DNA of 64,000 nt from an uncultured delta proteobacterium (GTDB taxonomy: Bacteria > Desulfobacterota > Desulfobacteria > Desulfobacterales > B30-G6). Shown piece after piece: positions 40,053 to 49,968 of the stretch (position 1 is its first letter; each line of letters starts with the position of its first letter). Where the stretch lies: NCBI GenBank assembly GCA_963823335.1, contig CAWGLD010000001.1, forward strand, positions 160,001 through 224,000, read 5' to 3'. The notes beneath the pieces are model-generated. The model did not search any database. It saw only the letters and a program-made list of their open reading frames with translations, and had not been told where the DNA came from. The translations under genes were made by a program, and so were the position numbers.

Positions 40053-41571
40053 TTTTTTCTGTTTCCTGCCCAATTCCAGAGAGATCCATCATCTTGGACA
40101 GGCCCGATTGCGCTTTGGGCAGACAAATCTGGAACCGGGACCCCTTTCGGATCTCGGATTCTACGCTGATGCTGCCACCGTGCTGACGGATTACACGGTT
40201 GGCGATAAACAATCCCAGCCCTGTCCCCTGGGAACCTTTTGAGGTAAAAAAGAGCGTAAACATCTTTTCCCTGGTTTCCTGGTCCATTCCCATGCCGTTG
40301 TCCTTGATGATAAAACAGATGCGCTCGTTGGCTACTTCAAAGGCATCGAATGTTACGATGTGATCCTCCTTGCTGCGATCATAGGTACAGGCATCGATGG
40401 CGTTTTCAACAAAATTGACCAGGGCGGCCTGGAGCCAGGTTGGATCGACATCGATAATGCCCATGGAAGGTGATATGTTCGCCTCCAGTCGCACCCCGTT
40501 TTTGGATGCTATGGCCATGGCATCGCCGACGACTTTTTCGGCCATCTCTGCAATATCGATGGATTGGTAACACAGCTCCCTCGACTTTGCATAATAAAGG
40601 ATCTCCAGCACCATCTTGCGGATTCTTCCGGTCATCTGCTTGACCTGGCCGAATGCCCGCTGTGTCCGTTTCGGGTCGCTTTTTTCCAGACCTGTCTCGA
40701 GCTGGTAGACACCCCCATCCAGAGCCGTGAGCATCCCCTTGACTCCATGGGACATGGATCCGATCATGAGCCCCAGAGACGTCAGATGATCCTGGAGCTG
40801 CCGGATCTGGGTAATGTTGGTGGACATCTCCATGACCTGGGTAATCTCTCCTTTACCATTGCGTATGGGTGCGGTCCAGGTCAGTACGTTGTATTGCTTA
40901 CCCGACTGGGATGTTACAACCTCTTCGGTGGTGTGGGGACGCCCGTCCTCGAAGGTGTCCGCCACGGGACATTCCTGGCAGGGCGAGCTCCTGTGTTTGT
41001 ATACCGAGAAGCAGTGGGAGCCAATTTCGTCTCCAAAATCCTTCTTGAACATCTTGTTGGTGGCCGTGAGGCGAAACTGTCTGTCCTGTACGGAAATGTA
41101 ACAGGGGACCTCATCGAACAGCTGTTGAAACAGATTCTGGGTATGGCGAAAACTTTTCAGTTTTTTCTCATTCGCCTCGAGCCGGCTGTTCAATGAAATC
41201 CAGGACCTGGCCTGATACAACGCCATATCCAGGGCGGTGCTCTTGACCGGTTTTACCAGGTAATGCACCGCGTCATGCTTCAGTTCCGCCATGGCATGAT
41301 CAAATTGTTCCGGTGTCACCATGACGATAATCTGCAGCTTCGGGTGGGCGGTCTTGATCTGCTTTAACAGAGATACCATCTCCATGTCCGGAAGCCCCGG
41401 ATCGGCCAGGATGACTTCCGCATTGATATTATCGAACACTACCATGACATCTTCACAGGTGGAAGCCATATAGGCCTCCATTCGCTTCCGTTCCAGGTAA
41501 ACGCCCAGTGCCTTGGCATGACTGGTATCTTTGTCTATGATAAGTATTTCATCGGGCATGAATGGTTCCAT
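40030..41571 (-). CDS. Hybrid REC-PAS histidine kinase
   Basis: Receiver domain, PAS, SHGVKG H-box, NAIDA, DNGMG and GTGLGL. Confidence 0.9.
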   Translation of the reverse strand: MEPFMPDEILIIDKDTSHAKALGVYLERKRMEAYMASTCEDVMVVFDNINAEVILADPGLPDMEMVSLLKQIKTAHPKLQIIVMVTPEQFDHAMAELKHDAVHYLVKPVKSTALDMALYQARSWISLNSRLEANEKKLKSFRHTQNLFQQLFDEVPCYISVQDRQFRLTATNKMFKKDFGDEIGSHCFSVYKHRSSPCQECPVADTFEDGRPHTTEEVVTSQSGKQYNVLTWTAPIRNGKGEITQVMEMSTNITQIRQLQDHLTSLGLMIGSMSHGVKGMLTALDGGVYQLETGLEKSDPKRTQRAFGQVKQMTGRIRKMVLEILYYAKSRELCYQSIDIAEMAEKVVGDAMAIASKNGVRLEANISPSMGIIDVDPTWLQAALVNFVENAIDACTYDRSKEDHIVTFDAFEVANERICFIIKDNGMGMDQETREKMFTLFFTSKGSQGTGLGLFIANRVIRQHGGSISVESEIRKGSRFQICLPKAQSGLSKMMDLSGIGQETEKNETDNQE

Positions 41572-41610
41572 TCCACTGATGACAGCGGCAGATCAGTCCG
41601 ATCGGTCGCT

Positions 41611-41713
41611 TATAGGGGTTGTCAGAAAAACGTTCCGATTGAGAATCTTTTTTCTGCTACAACCCCTTATGCCGCCATCCTATTTTCGGAACATTATTAT
41701 GATAAGCGGTATA
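41611..41713 (-). repeat. 103-bp dispersed element (family B), copy 2
   Basis: Reverse complement of 28450-28552 with few mismatches. Confidence 0.92.
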
Positions 41714-41716
41714 ACT

Positions 41717-42067
41717 TCATTGAAGTGTCTCTTTCACTATCTTCAGGAGATTCTCACGATCAAAGGGTTTTGACACGAAGGCCACAGCCTTGCCAATAGC
41801 ATGGTCCCCACCGGAAAGACCGCTGATAACGATAACGGGAATATTTTTCAACGATTTTTCCTGGCACATTTTTCGATAAAAGCGTGGTCCCCACTCTTCC
41901 GGCATTTCAAGATCGAGCGTAATCAGATCCGGTGTTTCCTTTCGGGCTATTTCCAGGCCTTCCTTGACATCCTGTGCTGAAAAAGTGCTGTAGCCGTTGT
42001 CCTCAAACAAGGTTTTCAGGTAGTCGATGACATTGGGATCATCGTCTACAATGAGTATTTTTTTCAT
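41717..42067 (-). CDS. Single-domain response regulator
   Basis: ILIVDDD, DLITLDLEMP and KPF. Confidence 0.9.
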   Translation of the reverse strand: MKKILIVDDDPNVIDYLKTLFEDNGYSTFSAQDVKEGLEIARKETPDLITLDLEMPEEWGPRFYRKMCQEKSLKNIPVIVISGLSGGDHAIGKAVAFVSKPFDRENLLKIVKETLQ

Positions 42068-42154
42068 CCATCCCTCTCTTCCTGTGATACATTCCACAAA
42101 AAAATCGTGCTGCAATTTTATGACTCACGACCTTGTCCCCACAAAACATACACC

Positions 42155-43054
42155 CTAACGGTTGATACTGATAACCGGGCATCCCGCTCTGACAATTACC
42201 TGTTCGATATTACTCCCCAGCCGGGTATCCTCCTGGGATGATTTCTGGGTGTGGTGTGCCATGACAATAAGGTCGGCATGCTTTTCCCGTGCATACTTCA
42301 CGATCTCTACATAGGGGATGCCTTCCCAAACCTCGAAATCGTATTCCGCCACATCTTTCATCTCAGGTAAATATCGACCCCGTATCCGCCGCAGGGATTC
42401 CCGAATGTTCGACTCGATTTCATCCTGGGTCATACTTCTCCCCAGATGCATGCTGCCAATATCCAGGGCGTGGAAAATATGAAGTTCGCAGGCCAGGGTC
42501 TTGGCGAGTTTCAGGGCAAACCGAAAAGCAGCATCGGAGGCCTTGGAAAAATCGGTGCCGAAAACCACATTGGACATGCCACCCCAGAAAGAAGCCGCCG
42601 GCCGGTTGACCACCAGCAAGGGACAGGGTGCCACCTTTGCCACGCGTTGCAGCGTAGAACCCACCACGCTCTTTTTATAGACGGAATCCTCGTCATCCCC
42701 GGTGCTGCCGCCCATAACGACCAGGTCCGGAGCTAATTCCCGGGCTGCCCTCAATATCTCCCGATGCGGCAGACCGATGGCCACTTTGATTTCGAAATTA
42801 CGGACTGTCTCAAGCTGTTTTGAATAGTGAATCTTGATCTCCTCCTCCACCCAGGCAATGTACTCGTCGTCAAGTTCGACTTTTTCTTTTGTCTTGATGT
42901 CCAGCACCACCTGGCTGAAACCACGCGTAGGCACTCCCAGCACATGAAAAATACATATCTGTGCATCATAAGACTGGGCCATGTTGAAGGCCACCCGTGC
43001 AGCATGGTCACAGGCCTCTGTAGCGGATGTGGCAAACAGTATTTTCTTAAACAT
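42155..43054 (-). CDS. Tandem universal stress protein
   Basis: Two USP domains (KKILFAT; VFGTDFS...GSNIEQV...CPV). Confidence 0.9.
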   Translation of the reverse strand: MFKKILFATSATEACDHAARVAFNMAQSYDAQICIFHVLGVPTRGFSQVVLDIKTKEKVELDDEYIAWVEEEIKIHYSKQLETVRNFEIKVAIGLPHREILRAARELAPDLVVMGGSTGDDEDSVYKKSVVGSTLQRVAKVAPCPLLVVNRPAASFWGGMSNVVFGTDFSKASDAAFRFALKLAKTLACELHIFHALDIGSMHLGRSMTQDEIESNIRESLRRIRGRYLPEMKDVAEYDFEVWEGIPYVEIVKYAREKHADLIVMAHHTQKSSQEDTRLGSNIEQVIVRAGCPVISINR

Positions 43055-43095
43055 ATGTCACCTCGTTGGCGGGTTGAAAGAGAATATCCAACACC

Positions 43096-44484
43096 CTATT
43101 CTTTTAGTTTTAAATGCTCTGGAATTTCGACCATGCTGATCACCAGGGGTTTGAGGAAAGACCATTTAATGCCGATTTTATATTCCTCTTCTAAATCACG
43201 AATCGCATCCCAGCAGTTGTGACAAGGGGCGATCACCATTTCGGCACCCGTGTGCAGGATCTGATCCCGTTTGGTGATCAGGGCCTTGTTCCGCTGAGGC
43301 CGGAAGAGACCGATACCGTTAAACCCCCCGCCGCCGCCGCAGCAATAATTGTGTTCCCGGTTCGGTGACATCTCCATAAAATAGCCGGGCTCGACAATAT
43401 AGCTCATGATTTCCCGCGTGATATCCTTTAATCCGTTATTGCGAACATAGTTACAGGAATCCTGAAGCGTTACCGGCATTTTGAGGCGTTTGGACGGGTC
43501 GATCTTGAGTTTTCCTTCCCGCAGCGCTTCGGCCAGCCATTCAACATAATGGATCGATTCCACAGGGGGTTTCCCCGTACTTCTGCCGGCCCAGTAGGGT
43601 CCTTCCACAACGGTGGCACGATGGGCATGGCCGCACTCCGTCCCCACCATCCGCTTGGGCTTGAGCCGCTCCATGGCAGCATAGACATGCTCCACCTGCA
43701 TTTTACAGGCTGCCCAGTCACCGGCAAACATGGCCAGGCTGGTCTGCTCCCATCCACTGGTTGGTACGGTCCAATTCTCACCGGCCAGATGAAAAAGTAT
43801 CGCCGCCTCGGCCAGATCCTCAGGATAGTGCTTCACCTCCCTGGCGTTGACCGTGTAGAGGATGTCGGCACCCTCCTTGTCCACCGGCACCTCGAGACCC
43901 GGATAGTCCTCTTCGTATTCCTCCACCATCCATTCGAAGGTTTCCACGAAATCCTGGTCCGTAACATCCATTTGGGCACGGTAAACCCGATGCATACCGG
44001 CTCCGATTTTCATCTCCCAGGGGACAAATCCCTGCTGATAGCACAGACCCCTGAGGTAGCCGAACATAACCCCCATGTCGATACCGTGGGGACAATACAT
44101 GCCGCAACGATTACAGCAGGTGCATTTGGCCCATGCCGTTTCCATGACCATCTGCATGAATTCGTTGTCCACGTTTCCTTTACGCTTGACGATTTCACCC
44201 AGTGTCGATTGAATCTTGTAGGCAGGCACCTGTTTGGGATCCTGGTCGTTGATCAGGTACAGAAAACAACTGTCAGCACACATGCCGCAGTGGGCGCATA
44301 TTTCCAGCCAGGTTTTCATCCTGGACTTCAAGGTGTTCTGAATCGTTTTCCAAAGCAGACTCTGGTCAATATCGAGGGATTTCATCTCCTGATAATATTG
44401 CTTCCCGCCGGTATCCCCCAGAAGGGCTTTGAGTTCTTCTTCGGTTTCTATTGGTTTCTTGTTGCAGAATTTTCCTTCAGGCAT
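43096..44484 (-). CDS. hmcF: Hmc complex Fe-S (HdrD-like) subunit
   Basis: [30 protein letters not shown] and APCHNC; operon position. Confidence 0.88.
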   Translation of the reverse strand: MPEGKFCNKKPIETEEELKALLGDTGGKQYYQEMKSLDIDQSLLWKTIQNTLKSRMKTWLEICAHCGMCADSCFLYLINDQDPKQVPAYKIQSTLGEIVKRKGNVDNEFMQMVMETAWAKCTCCNRCGMYCPHGIDMGVMFGYLRGLCYQQGFVPWEMKIGAGMHRVYRAQMDVTDQDFVETFEWMVEEYEEDYPGLEVPVDKEGADILYTVNAREVKHYPEDLAEAAILFHLAGENWTVPTSGWEQTSLAMFAGDWAACKMQVEHVYAAMERLKPKRMVGTECGHAHRATVVEGPYWAGRSTGKPPVESIHYVEWLAEALREGKLKIDPSKRLKMPVTLQDSCNYVRNNGLKDITREIMSYIVEPGYFMEMSPNREHNYCCGGGGGFNGIGLFRPQRNKALITKRDQILHTGAEMVIAPCHNCWDAIRDLEEEYKIGIKWSFLKPLVISMVEIPEHLKLKE

Positions 44485-44522
44485 GTTGCATCCTTCCTTA
44501 AATTTGCTTATTTCCGGCTGGT

Positions 44523-45200
44523 TTACCAGGCCATACCTTTTCCTTTCATTCCGCCACGCTTGATACCATAATCCATACCCAGTTGCGCCCGTGAAGCAAA
44601 AAACAGAACGATGTGCGATAACTTGGTAAAGGGGGCGGCGATCAGCAGCGCTTCACCGCACAGGATGTGGGTTGTTAACCAGAAAGTGTAGGAACCCAGC
44701 TCGTATCGGGCGACAAGACCGGTCATAAAAGGCGCCACGGCTAAGAGCAGAATGACATAATCATACCACGTGGTAAGAATCCTGACCTCGGGCAGTGCAA
44801 TTCTTCTAAGCGCCAGAAAAACAGCACTGACAATAACCGTCCAGGTGAGAATATCGGCCAGTAACGGATTCAGCGTAATCAGCGAAATACCGATTTTCTC
44901 CTTCAGGAACAGGTTATGCGCCAGCAAGAACAGGGGCACTAGGACGGCCCCGATATGAAAACCGAAAAAAATGACGGTCATAAAGGGTTGCTTGCGCCAG
45001 CCATAGGTGCCAAAAGGTATAAGCCATTTCACAATGGAATTCACGGCACCTTTAAATCCCTGAAACGGGTAGGCTTTGTAAGCCACACGGTCCAGTTGCC
45101 AGCTCAACCCCCGGAAATATAGAACAAACCTGACCAGCATGCCGATCAGAAAAATGCCCAAAGACAACCAGAACATCGGGCCGGTTAGAAAATCGTACAT
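44523..45200 (-). CDS. hmcE: Hmc complex cytochrome b (NarI-like) subunit
   Basis: Multi-TM with FH, H and PFTKLSH; operon position. Confidence 0.85.
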   Translation of the reverse strand: MYDFLTGPMFWLSLGIFLIGMLVRFVLYFRGLSWQLDRVAYKAYPFQGFKGAVNSIVKWLIPFGTYGWRKQPFMTVIFFGFHIGAVLVPLFLLAHNLFLKEKIGISLITLNPLLADILTWTVIVSAVFLALRRIALPEVRILTTWYDYVILLLAVAPFMTGLVARYELGSYTFWLTTHILCGEALLIAAPFTKLSHIVLFFASRAQLGMDYGIKRGGMKGKGMAW

Positions 45201-45335
45201 TGATGCCTCCATTGACAGCATGGGTTCGAGGGTTCAAGGGTTGGAGGGTTCGAGGGGTATGACCACCGCTCATAGTTTATAGCGAAAAATCAAAACCAAC
45301 GCCACGAACACAACAAACACAATGAGCCCCATAAA

Positions 45336-45479
45336 CTAAAATGTTCGCTTCTTTTCATCCCTGCCGCTCAGAAAAAGCCAGAACAGCAGCAGTCCCACAA
45401 GGACGGCCCCCATCAGCATGTAGGTAATGCTTTTCGAGTGCAGCAGGAAATCATGCAGTGTGTAAAACAATGCGTCCAT
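45336..45479 (-). CDS. hmcD: Small membrane subunit of the Hmc complex (47 aa, absent from ORF track)
   Basis: AGAGG RBS; MDALFYTLHDFLLHSKSITYMLMGAVLVGLLLFWLFLSGRDEKKRTF, between hmcC and hmcE. Confidence 0.8.
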   Translation of the reverse strand: MDALFYTLHDFLLHSKSITYMLMGAVLVGLLLFWLFLSGRDEKKRTF

Positions 45480-45507
45480 GAAACCTCTCATCAACTAAGA
45501 AATACTT

Positions 45508-46677
45508 CTATTTGTGCTGATAGTCCGGATGCTCATAAAAAATAGGCATCCGGGTGGTAACAAATCGATAAACCACAACACCGATGGTAACGACAAACAA
45601 CGAGATGGCGATTTCCATCCAGCTGGGAAAGTAGCGGTCGGCCGGCGGCAGGTGCCAGTTGAATGCCACCACAGAGATGTTCAAGCGATTCAGCACGACT
45701 CCCAGAACTGCCAGGACAGAGGCCCAGCGCACCAGACGCAGATTCCGATCACGCGCTGCAATGGCATATAAAAATGCCGGAAATGCAACAAATCCCAGCA
45801 GTTCCACCAGGAACCACAGCCCCCATCCCGTGGCCAGATAGTGCCAGTTGTTGTCCATGGCAATACCGATGAATTTGACACCCACATAACCCATCATCAC
45901 AAAAGCAGCTGCTTTACCAAAGCCCAGAGCCACGCCTTCGCTTTCTTTCAGATGGGTCTCGTCCATCTTGTGGTGCAGGTGGCGATGCGCCAGGGAGCCT
46001 TCGAATATCACCATGGAAAGCCCGGCAAAAACACTGGAAACAAAAAAGAATACCGGCAGATAGCCCGAATACCACAGAGGGTGAAGCTTGGAGGGTACAA
46101 TCATGTAGAGCGCCCCCAGAGAAGACTGGTGCAGGGTGGAAAGAATTACGCCGAATATGGTCAGTACCAAGGTCAGGCGGACCACCAGGTTCCGAATTTT
46201 TTTCAGACCGAGCCATTCGAGCGCGGCAGGACTGAATTCGATAAAAAGGACGCTGAGGTAGAGAAAAACGCACAAGCCCACTTCGAATAACAGCGATGTG
46301 GTGCCTGGCGAAACAAAAATCGGATATGGCAGGCGCCAGGGTCTACCCACATCATAGTGGAGTGCCATTACCACCAGTGCATACCCCAGAAAAGCGGTCA
46401 AAATGGCGGGGCGAACTGCTGAATGGTAGCGTTTCAATCCGAAGATATAGCATGATGCCGAGGTGACATAACCACCTGCAGCAAGGGCCACACCGCACAA
46501 CAGGTCAAATCCTATCCAGATCCCCCAGGGATTGTTGTCATCGAGGTTTGTGACCGCACCCAGCCCGCCCGTGAACCGCAACACCGTGATGATCAGACCA
46601 CATAATATGATCATGCCGGCTATCACATTGAAAGGCGTAAAAATTGACTTATTCACCTGCGCCGTCTCTTGTGGCAT
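45508..46677 (-). CDS. hmcC: Hmc complex NrfD/HybB-type membrane subunit
   Basis: PWGIWIGFD, DVGRPWR, HQSSLG and YFPSWME. Confidence 0.9.
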   Translation of the reverse strand: MPQETAQVNKSIFTPFNVIAGMIILCGLIITVLRFTGGLGAVTNLDDNNPWGIWIGFDLLCGVALAAGGYVTSASCYIFGLKRYHSAVRPAILTAFLGYALVVMALHYDVGRPWRLPYPIFVSPGTTSLLFEVGLCVFLYLSVLFIEFSPAALEWLGLKKIRNLVVRLTLVLTIFGVILSTLHQSSLGALYMIVPSKLHPLWYSGYLPVFFFVSSVFAGLSMVIFEGSLAHRHLHHKMDETHLKESEGVALGFGKAAAFVMMGYVGVKFIGIAMDNNWHYLATGWGLWFLVELLGFVAFPAFLYAIAARDRNLRLVRWASVLAVLGVVLNRLNISVVAFNWHLPPADRYFPSWMEIAISLFVVTIGVVVYRFVTTRMPIFYEHPDYQHK

Positions 46678-47772
46678 CTATTTTTCCTCCTTCGGTGTCT
46701 CAGAACCCGGGTCTTCGGGCGCTGGTTGTGACTCCGCCGCTTCTTTGGCAGCGTCTTCCAGGGCACGTTTAACTTCCAGGTTGATGGCAGCCTCCTTTTC
46801 CTTGGCCATGCTGTCTTTCATCTTGGCCAGCTTGATCTTCATCTCCTCGTTGGCGTCGGCAACCGTCTGCGCCACCGCATGGATGCGTTCCTCGTCGGCA
46901 ATTTTATCCTTGCGTCTTGAGATGGCGTAGATACCGGTAAGCAACACCGGCCACAATGCCACCACCACAGGAACCGCTGCCAGAGGACCCGCAGTGAAAC
47001 TGGATGCTGTCTGAGTACCAAGATCTTCACGCATATCGATCTGGGAAAAGGGCGTTCCAGATAGGGTCATCCAGCTGGTACCACCCATCTCCTGTTCGCC
47101 ATAAATATGGTCGATATAGGCCTCTGGATATTTTTCAATACGCTGCCGGGCTAGCTTGATAAGTCTTTCGCGTGGTCCAAAGGTCAAAGCCTCTTTCGGG
47201 CATATCTCCACGCACCCGGGAAGCAATCCTTTTTCAATACGCGGGTGGCACATGGTGCATTTGGTCACGCGCGGCGTCAATGGCTCGTTATATTCGTATG
47301 TCGGAATATTGAAGGGACATGCCACCATACAGTATCGGCAACCCACACACAGGGATGCATCGTAAATGACGGCACCGGTCTTGACTTTTCGCAATGCTCT
47401 GACAAAACAGGCTGACGCACAGGCCGGCTCCAGACAGTGATTGCACTGTTTTTTCACATATACAGGCAACCGGCTGTCCTTTTCCCTGAATCGATTGACC
47501 ACTGTATAGGTATCGGATCGTGTCCGGCGGCTTTGGTCCAGAACACTCAGGTCGTCAAAAGGTTGTTCCGGAACCGGAAGTTCATTGACCTTGTTGCAGG
47601 CCTCCTCACACTTCCGGCACCCGATGCATCGGGTTGTGTCGTGCAGAATTCCAAAGCTGTCTGGATAGCCACCAAACTGCTTGTTTGAAGCCGCTTGCGC
47701 ATGACCCGCAGTCGTCACACCAGCACTTGCTGCACCTAACCAGCCAAGAAACTGTCTTCGGGATATCCCCAT
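46678..47772 (-). CDS. hmcB: Hmc complex 4Fe-4S dicluster subunit with Tat signal
   Basis: SRRQFL; CIGCRKCEEAC, CNHCLEPAC, CVGCRYCMVACP and KCTMC; C-terminal TM helix. Confidence 0.9.
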   Translation of the reverse strand: MGISRRQFLGWLGAASAGVTTAGHAQAASNKQFGGYPDSFGILHDTTRCIGCRKCEEACNKVNELPVPEQPFDDLSVLDQSRRTRSDTYTVVNRFREKDSRLPVYVKKQCNHCLEPACASACFVRALRKVKTGAVIYDASLCVGCRYCMVACPFNIPTYEYNEPLTPRVTKCTMCHPRIEKGLLPGCVEICPKEALTFGPRERLIKLARQRIEKYPEAYIDHIYGEQEMGGTSWMTLSGTPFSQIDMREDLGTQTASSFTAGPLAAVPVVVALWPVLLTGIYAISRRKDKIADEERIHAVAQTVADANEEMKIKLAKMKDSMAKEKEAAINLEVKRALEDAAKEAAESQPAPEDPGSETPKEEK

Positions 47773-48009
47773 ATTAGCACCTCAATATGTTATCGCTGAA
47801 ACAAACTTTTTCCTCAGTTGCATTTCCCATATAAGTTGAAAATCGATACTCATCAACAAGCCCCCATTCCATCAACACAAGAAACGCAATGAATCCAATG
47901 AAACCATTGATAGCTTTTTAGGGGTTTAGGCTGTAGGCTGTTAGCTGCCAATTGCTCGCCGCTTTCAGCCACCCACCACCCCTCCAAACCTATCCCCTCC
48001 TACCCTTGT

Positions 48010-49632
48010 TCAATTCGAAGCACTCCGCTTCTTATGACACTTGCCGCAGTCCGTCGCCGCTGGGTCCTTGATCCCCATCTCCTGGTGACATGTGATGCAC
48101 TGACCATGATAGGCCCCCATGAGACCGGGGCGCCCGTCCTGCAAACCCTTGAATGCTTCTCCATGACAGGCAGCGCATTTGGGCGGTTGAAGGGTAGCCG
48201 GGCTGTGATGATGACACCCCATGCACAGGGTTGTTTGCTTATCGTGAAAATAAGCAGCCATACCATTGTCTCCGATCCGCGATTCAATACTTCTGAAGAC
48301 CTGACGATGCGGAAACCGAGCTCCTTCATATTGGTCTTTCAGGACATCGATGACCACTTTTTCCGGTATCTGCTCGTCCGTTGGTTTCACAAAATTACCG
48401 GCCGATGTCTTTACTGCCTCGGCTGCAAGTTCGGTCCTGGCTTCCTTGTTCATGGGCCACGGACCTAAAACCGATCGGTCAAGGCGATGACACTGGCGGC
48501 AGTTCTCTCCTGCAAATGGCTTGTCAGGCATGCCGGCATGGCAACCGGCACAATTTTGGTCTGTCTGAGCCTGCTTGTGACAGCCGATACAGCTCCGGCT
48601 TGACGTACGGGAATGCATGGCCTGTGCAAGCTGCACCTGGCCGCCATCCTGGCCTCCGTTTTCCGTATGGCAGTCGCTGCATTTTTTCAGGGTTTCGTGG
48701 TGACAGGACTGGCAGCTTGCATTTGCCCGCTCATGAACTTGGTGCTTGAATGGAACCGGATCCATCTGCTGGGTCACTTTTTTGGCATCCGTATCCTGAC
48801 CTGTCATCCAGCTCGCCAGGAGCACTGCATCGGGCTGGTTTCGTTTCATACGGGGAACCGAAGCCACTACTTTAATGCCGGCCTGCTCCTCGGCGCCATG
48901 GCAACCGGCACACTCAATGGGTCCGGCTGTTTTCTCTTGACTCGCCAGTGTCTGGTGACAGTTCACGCATGCATCATGCGATGCCAAGCGAATGGAGGAG
49001 GCCTCGTCTGTTTTGTCTTCTTTGTGACAATACCGGCAACTACCCTCTTCGCCCCGGGTGTAGACTGTTTTCTTTGCGGTCTTGTCATACGTGTGATGGC
49101 AGGCACTGCAGTTGACAGTGTCCCCTGCGTCCTCAGGCAGAATGGCATTTGCAGATTCATGGCGATAATGAAGGGATTTGTCAAAAGACAGGGGCTTCCA
49201 GGAACTGCCCATACCGGTCTGGGTCTTGTGACAGGATCGGCAGTCACCCGTTACCGGTCCGGCCTTCTCTCCGCTGGCTTCTGTCTTTACATGACAGGCA
49301 ATACAGTTTTCATGGTATATGACCATGTCCGTCTCGATGGCACCGTTATCGAGACGCATGAATTTGAATACAAACTGCTGATCCTTCTCCAGATGACATG
49401 TGCTGCAGTTCTTTTTGTCCTGAATACGTTTGGTGTGCAGATCGTGAAGGAATTGTACGGCAGGCATTTTTTCACCCCCCGGCATGGCCGGGAGATCTAT
49501 CATCAGAACATCTGGCCGCATGTCATCGAGATCTGTGTCACTGTAAACGCTTGCGATCACGAAAAACACACCCGCCAGAATAGTCACTGGAATGATGCCC
49601 TTTCCCCACCCAAACGATCGTCTTTTCGCCAT
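48010..49632 (-). CDS. hmcA: 16-heme high-molecular-weight cytochrome c
   Basis: 16 CxxCH motifs counted; N-terminal signal/anchor. Confidence 0.93.
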   Translation of the reverse strand: MAKRRSFGWGKGIIPVTILAGVFFVIASVYSDTDLDDMRPDVLMIDLPAMPGGEKMPAVQFLHDLHTKRIQDKKNCSTCHLEKDQQFVFKFMRLDNGAIETDMVIYHENCIACHVKTEASGEKAGPVTGDCRSCHKTQTGMGSSWKPLSFDKSLHYRHESANAILPEDAGDTVNCSACHHTYDKTAKKTVYTRGEEGSCRYCHKEDKTDEASSIRLASHDACVNCHQTLASQEKTAGPIECAGCHGAEEQAGIKVVASVPRMKRNQPDAVLLASWMTGQDTDAKKVTQQMDPVPFKHQVHERANASCQSCHHETLKKCSDCHTENGGQDGGQVQLAQAMHSRTSSRSCIGCHKQAQTDQNCAGCHAGMPDKPFAGENCRQCHRLDRSVLGPWPMNKEARTELAAEAVKTSAGNFVKPTDEQIPEKVVIDVLKDQYEGARFPHRQVFRSIESRIGDNGMAAYFHDKQTTLCMGCHHHSPATLQPPKCAACHGEAFKGLQDGRPGLMGAYHGQCITCHQEMGIKDPAATDCGKCHKKRSASN

Positions 49633-49678
49633 GTTTTCTTCCTCTGGTTAAATTTCGTGATTTCTGTAACCCGATTTA

Positions 49679-49781
49679 TATAGGGGTTGTCAGAAAAACG
49701 TTCCGATTGAGGACCTTTTTTCTGCTACAACCCCTTATGCCGCCATCCTGTTTTCGGAACATTATTATGACAAGCGGTATA
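49679..49781 (-). repeat. 103-bp dispersed element (family B), copy 3
   Basis: Reverse complement of 28450-28552; lies in the hmcA leader. Confidence 0.92.
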
Positions 49782-49843
49782 AAACACGGCAGTGTCGCCG
49801 CAAACGGATTCCGGCAGCGCTTTTCCGGCAAGAATGTTTGTTT

Positions 49844-49893
49844 CCTATCATTATGGTAGGGTTAATTCCTACCAATTCCATAGGGTTTGTCAA
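49844..49893 (-). promoter_or_regulatory. Candidate hmc promoter with two tandem operator palindromes
   Basis: TTGACA (49893-49888); CCTATCATTATGGTAGG (49844-49860) and CCTACCAATTCCATAGG (49868-49884). Confidence 0.5.
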
Positions 49894-49968
49894 GCGTAAA
49901 ATGCATGCCCGTAAAATCGTTCTTAGAACCTTGGCTTTGTTTGGTTTATTGGGTCTGAAGAATAATGA

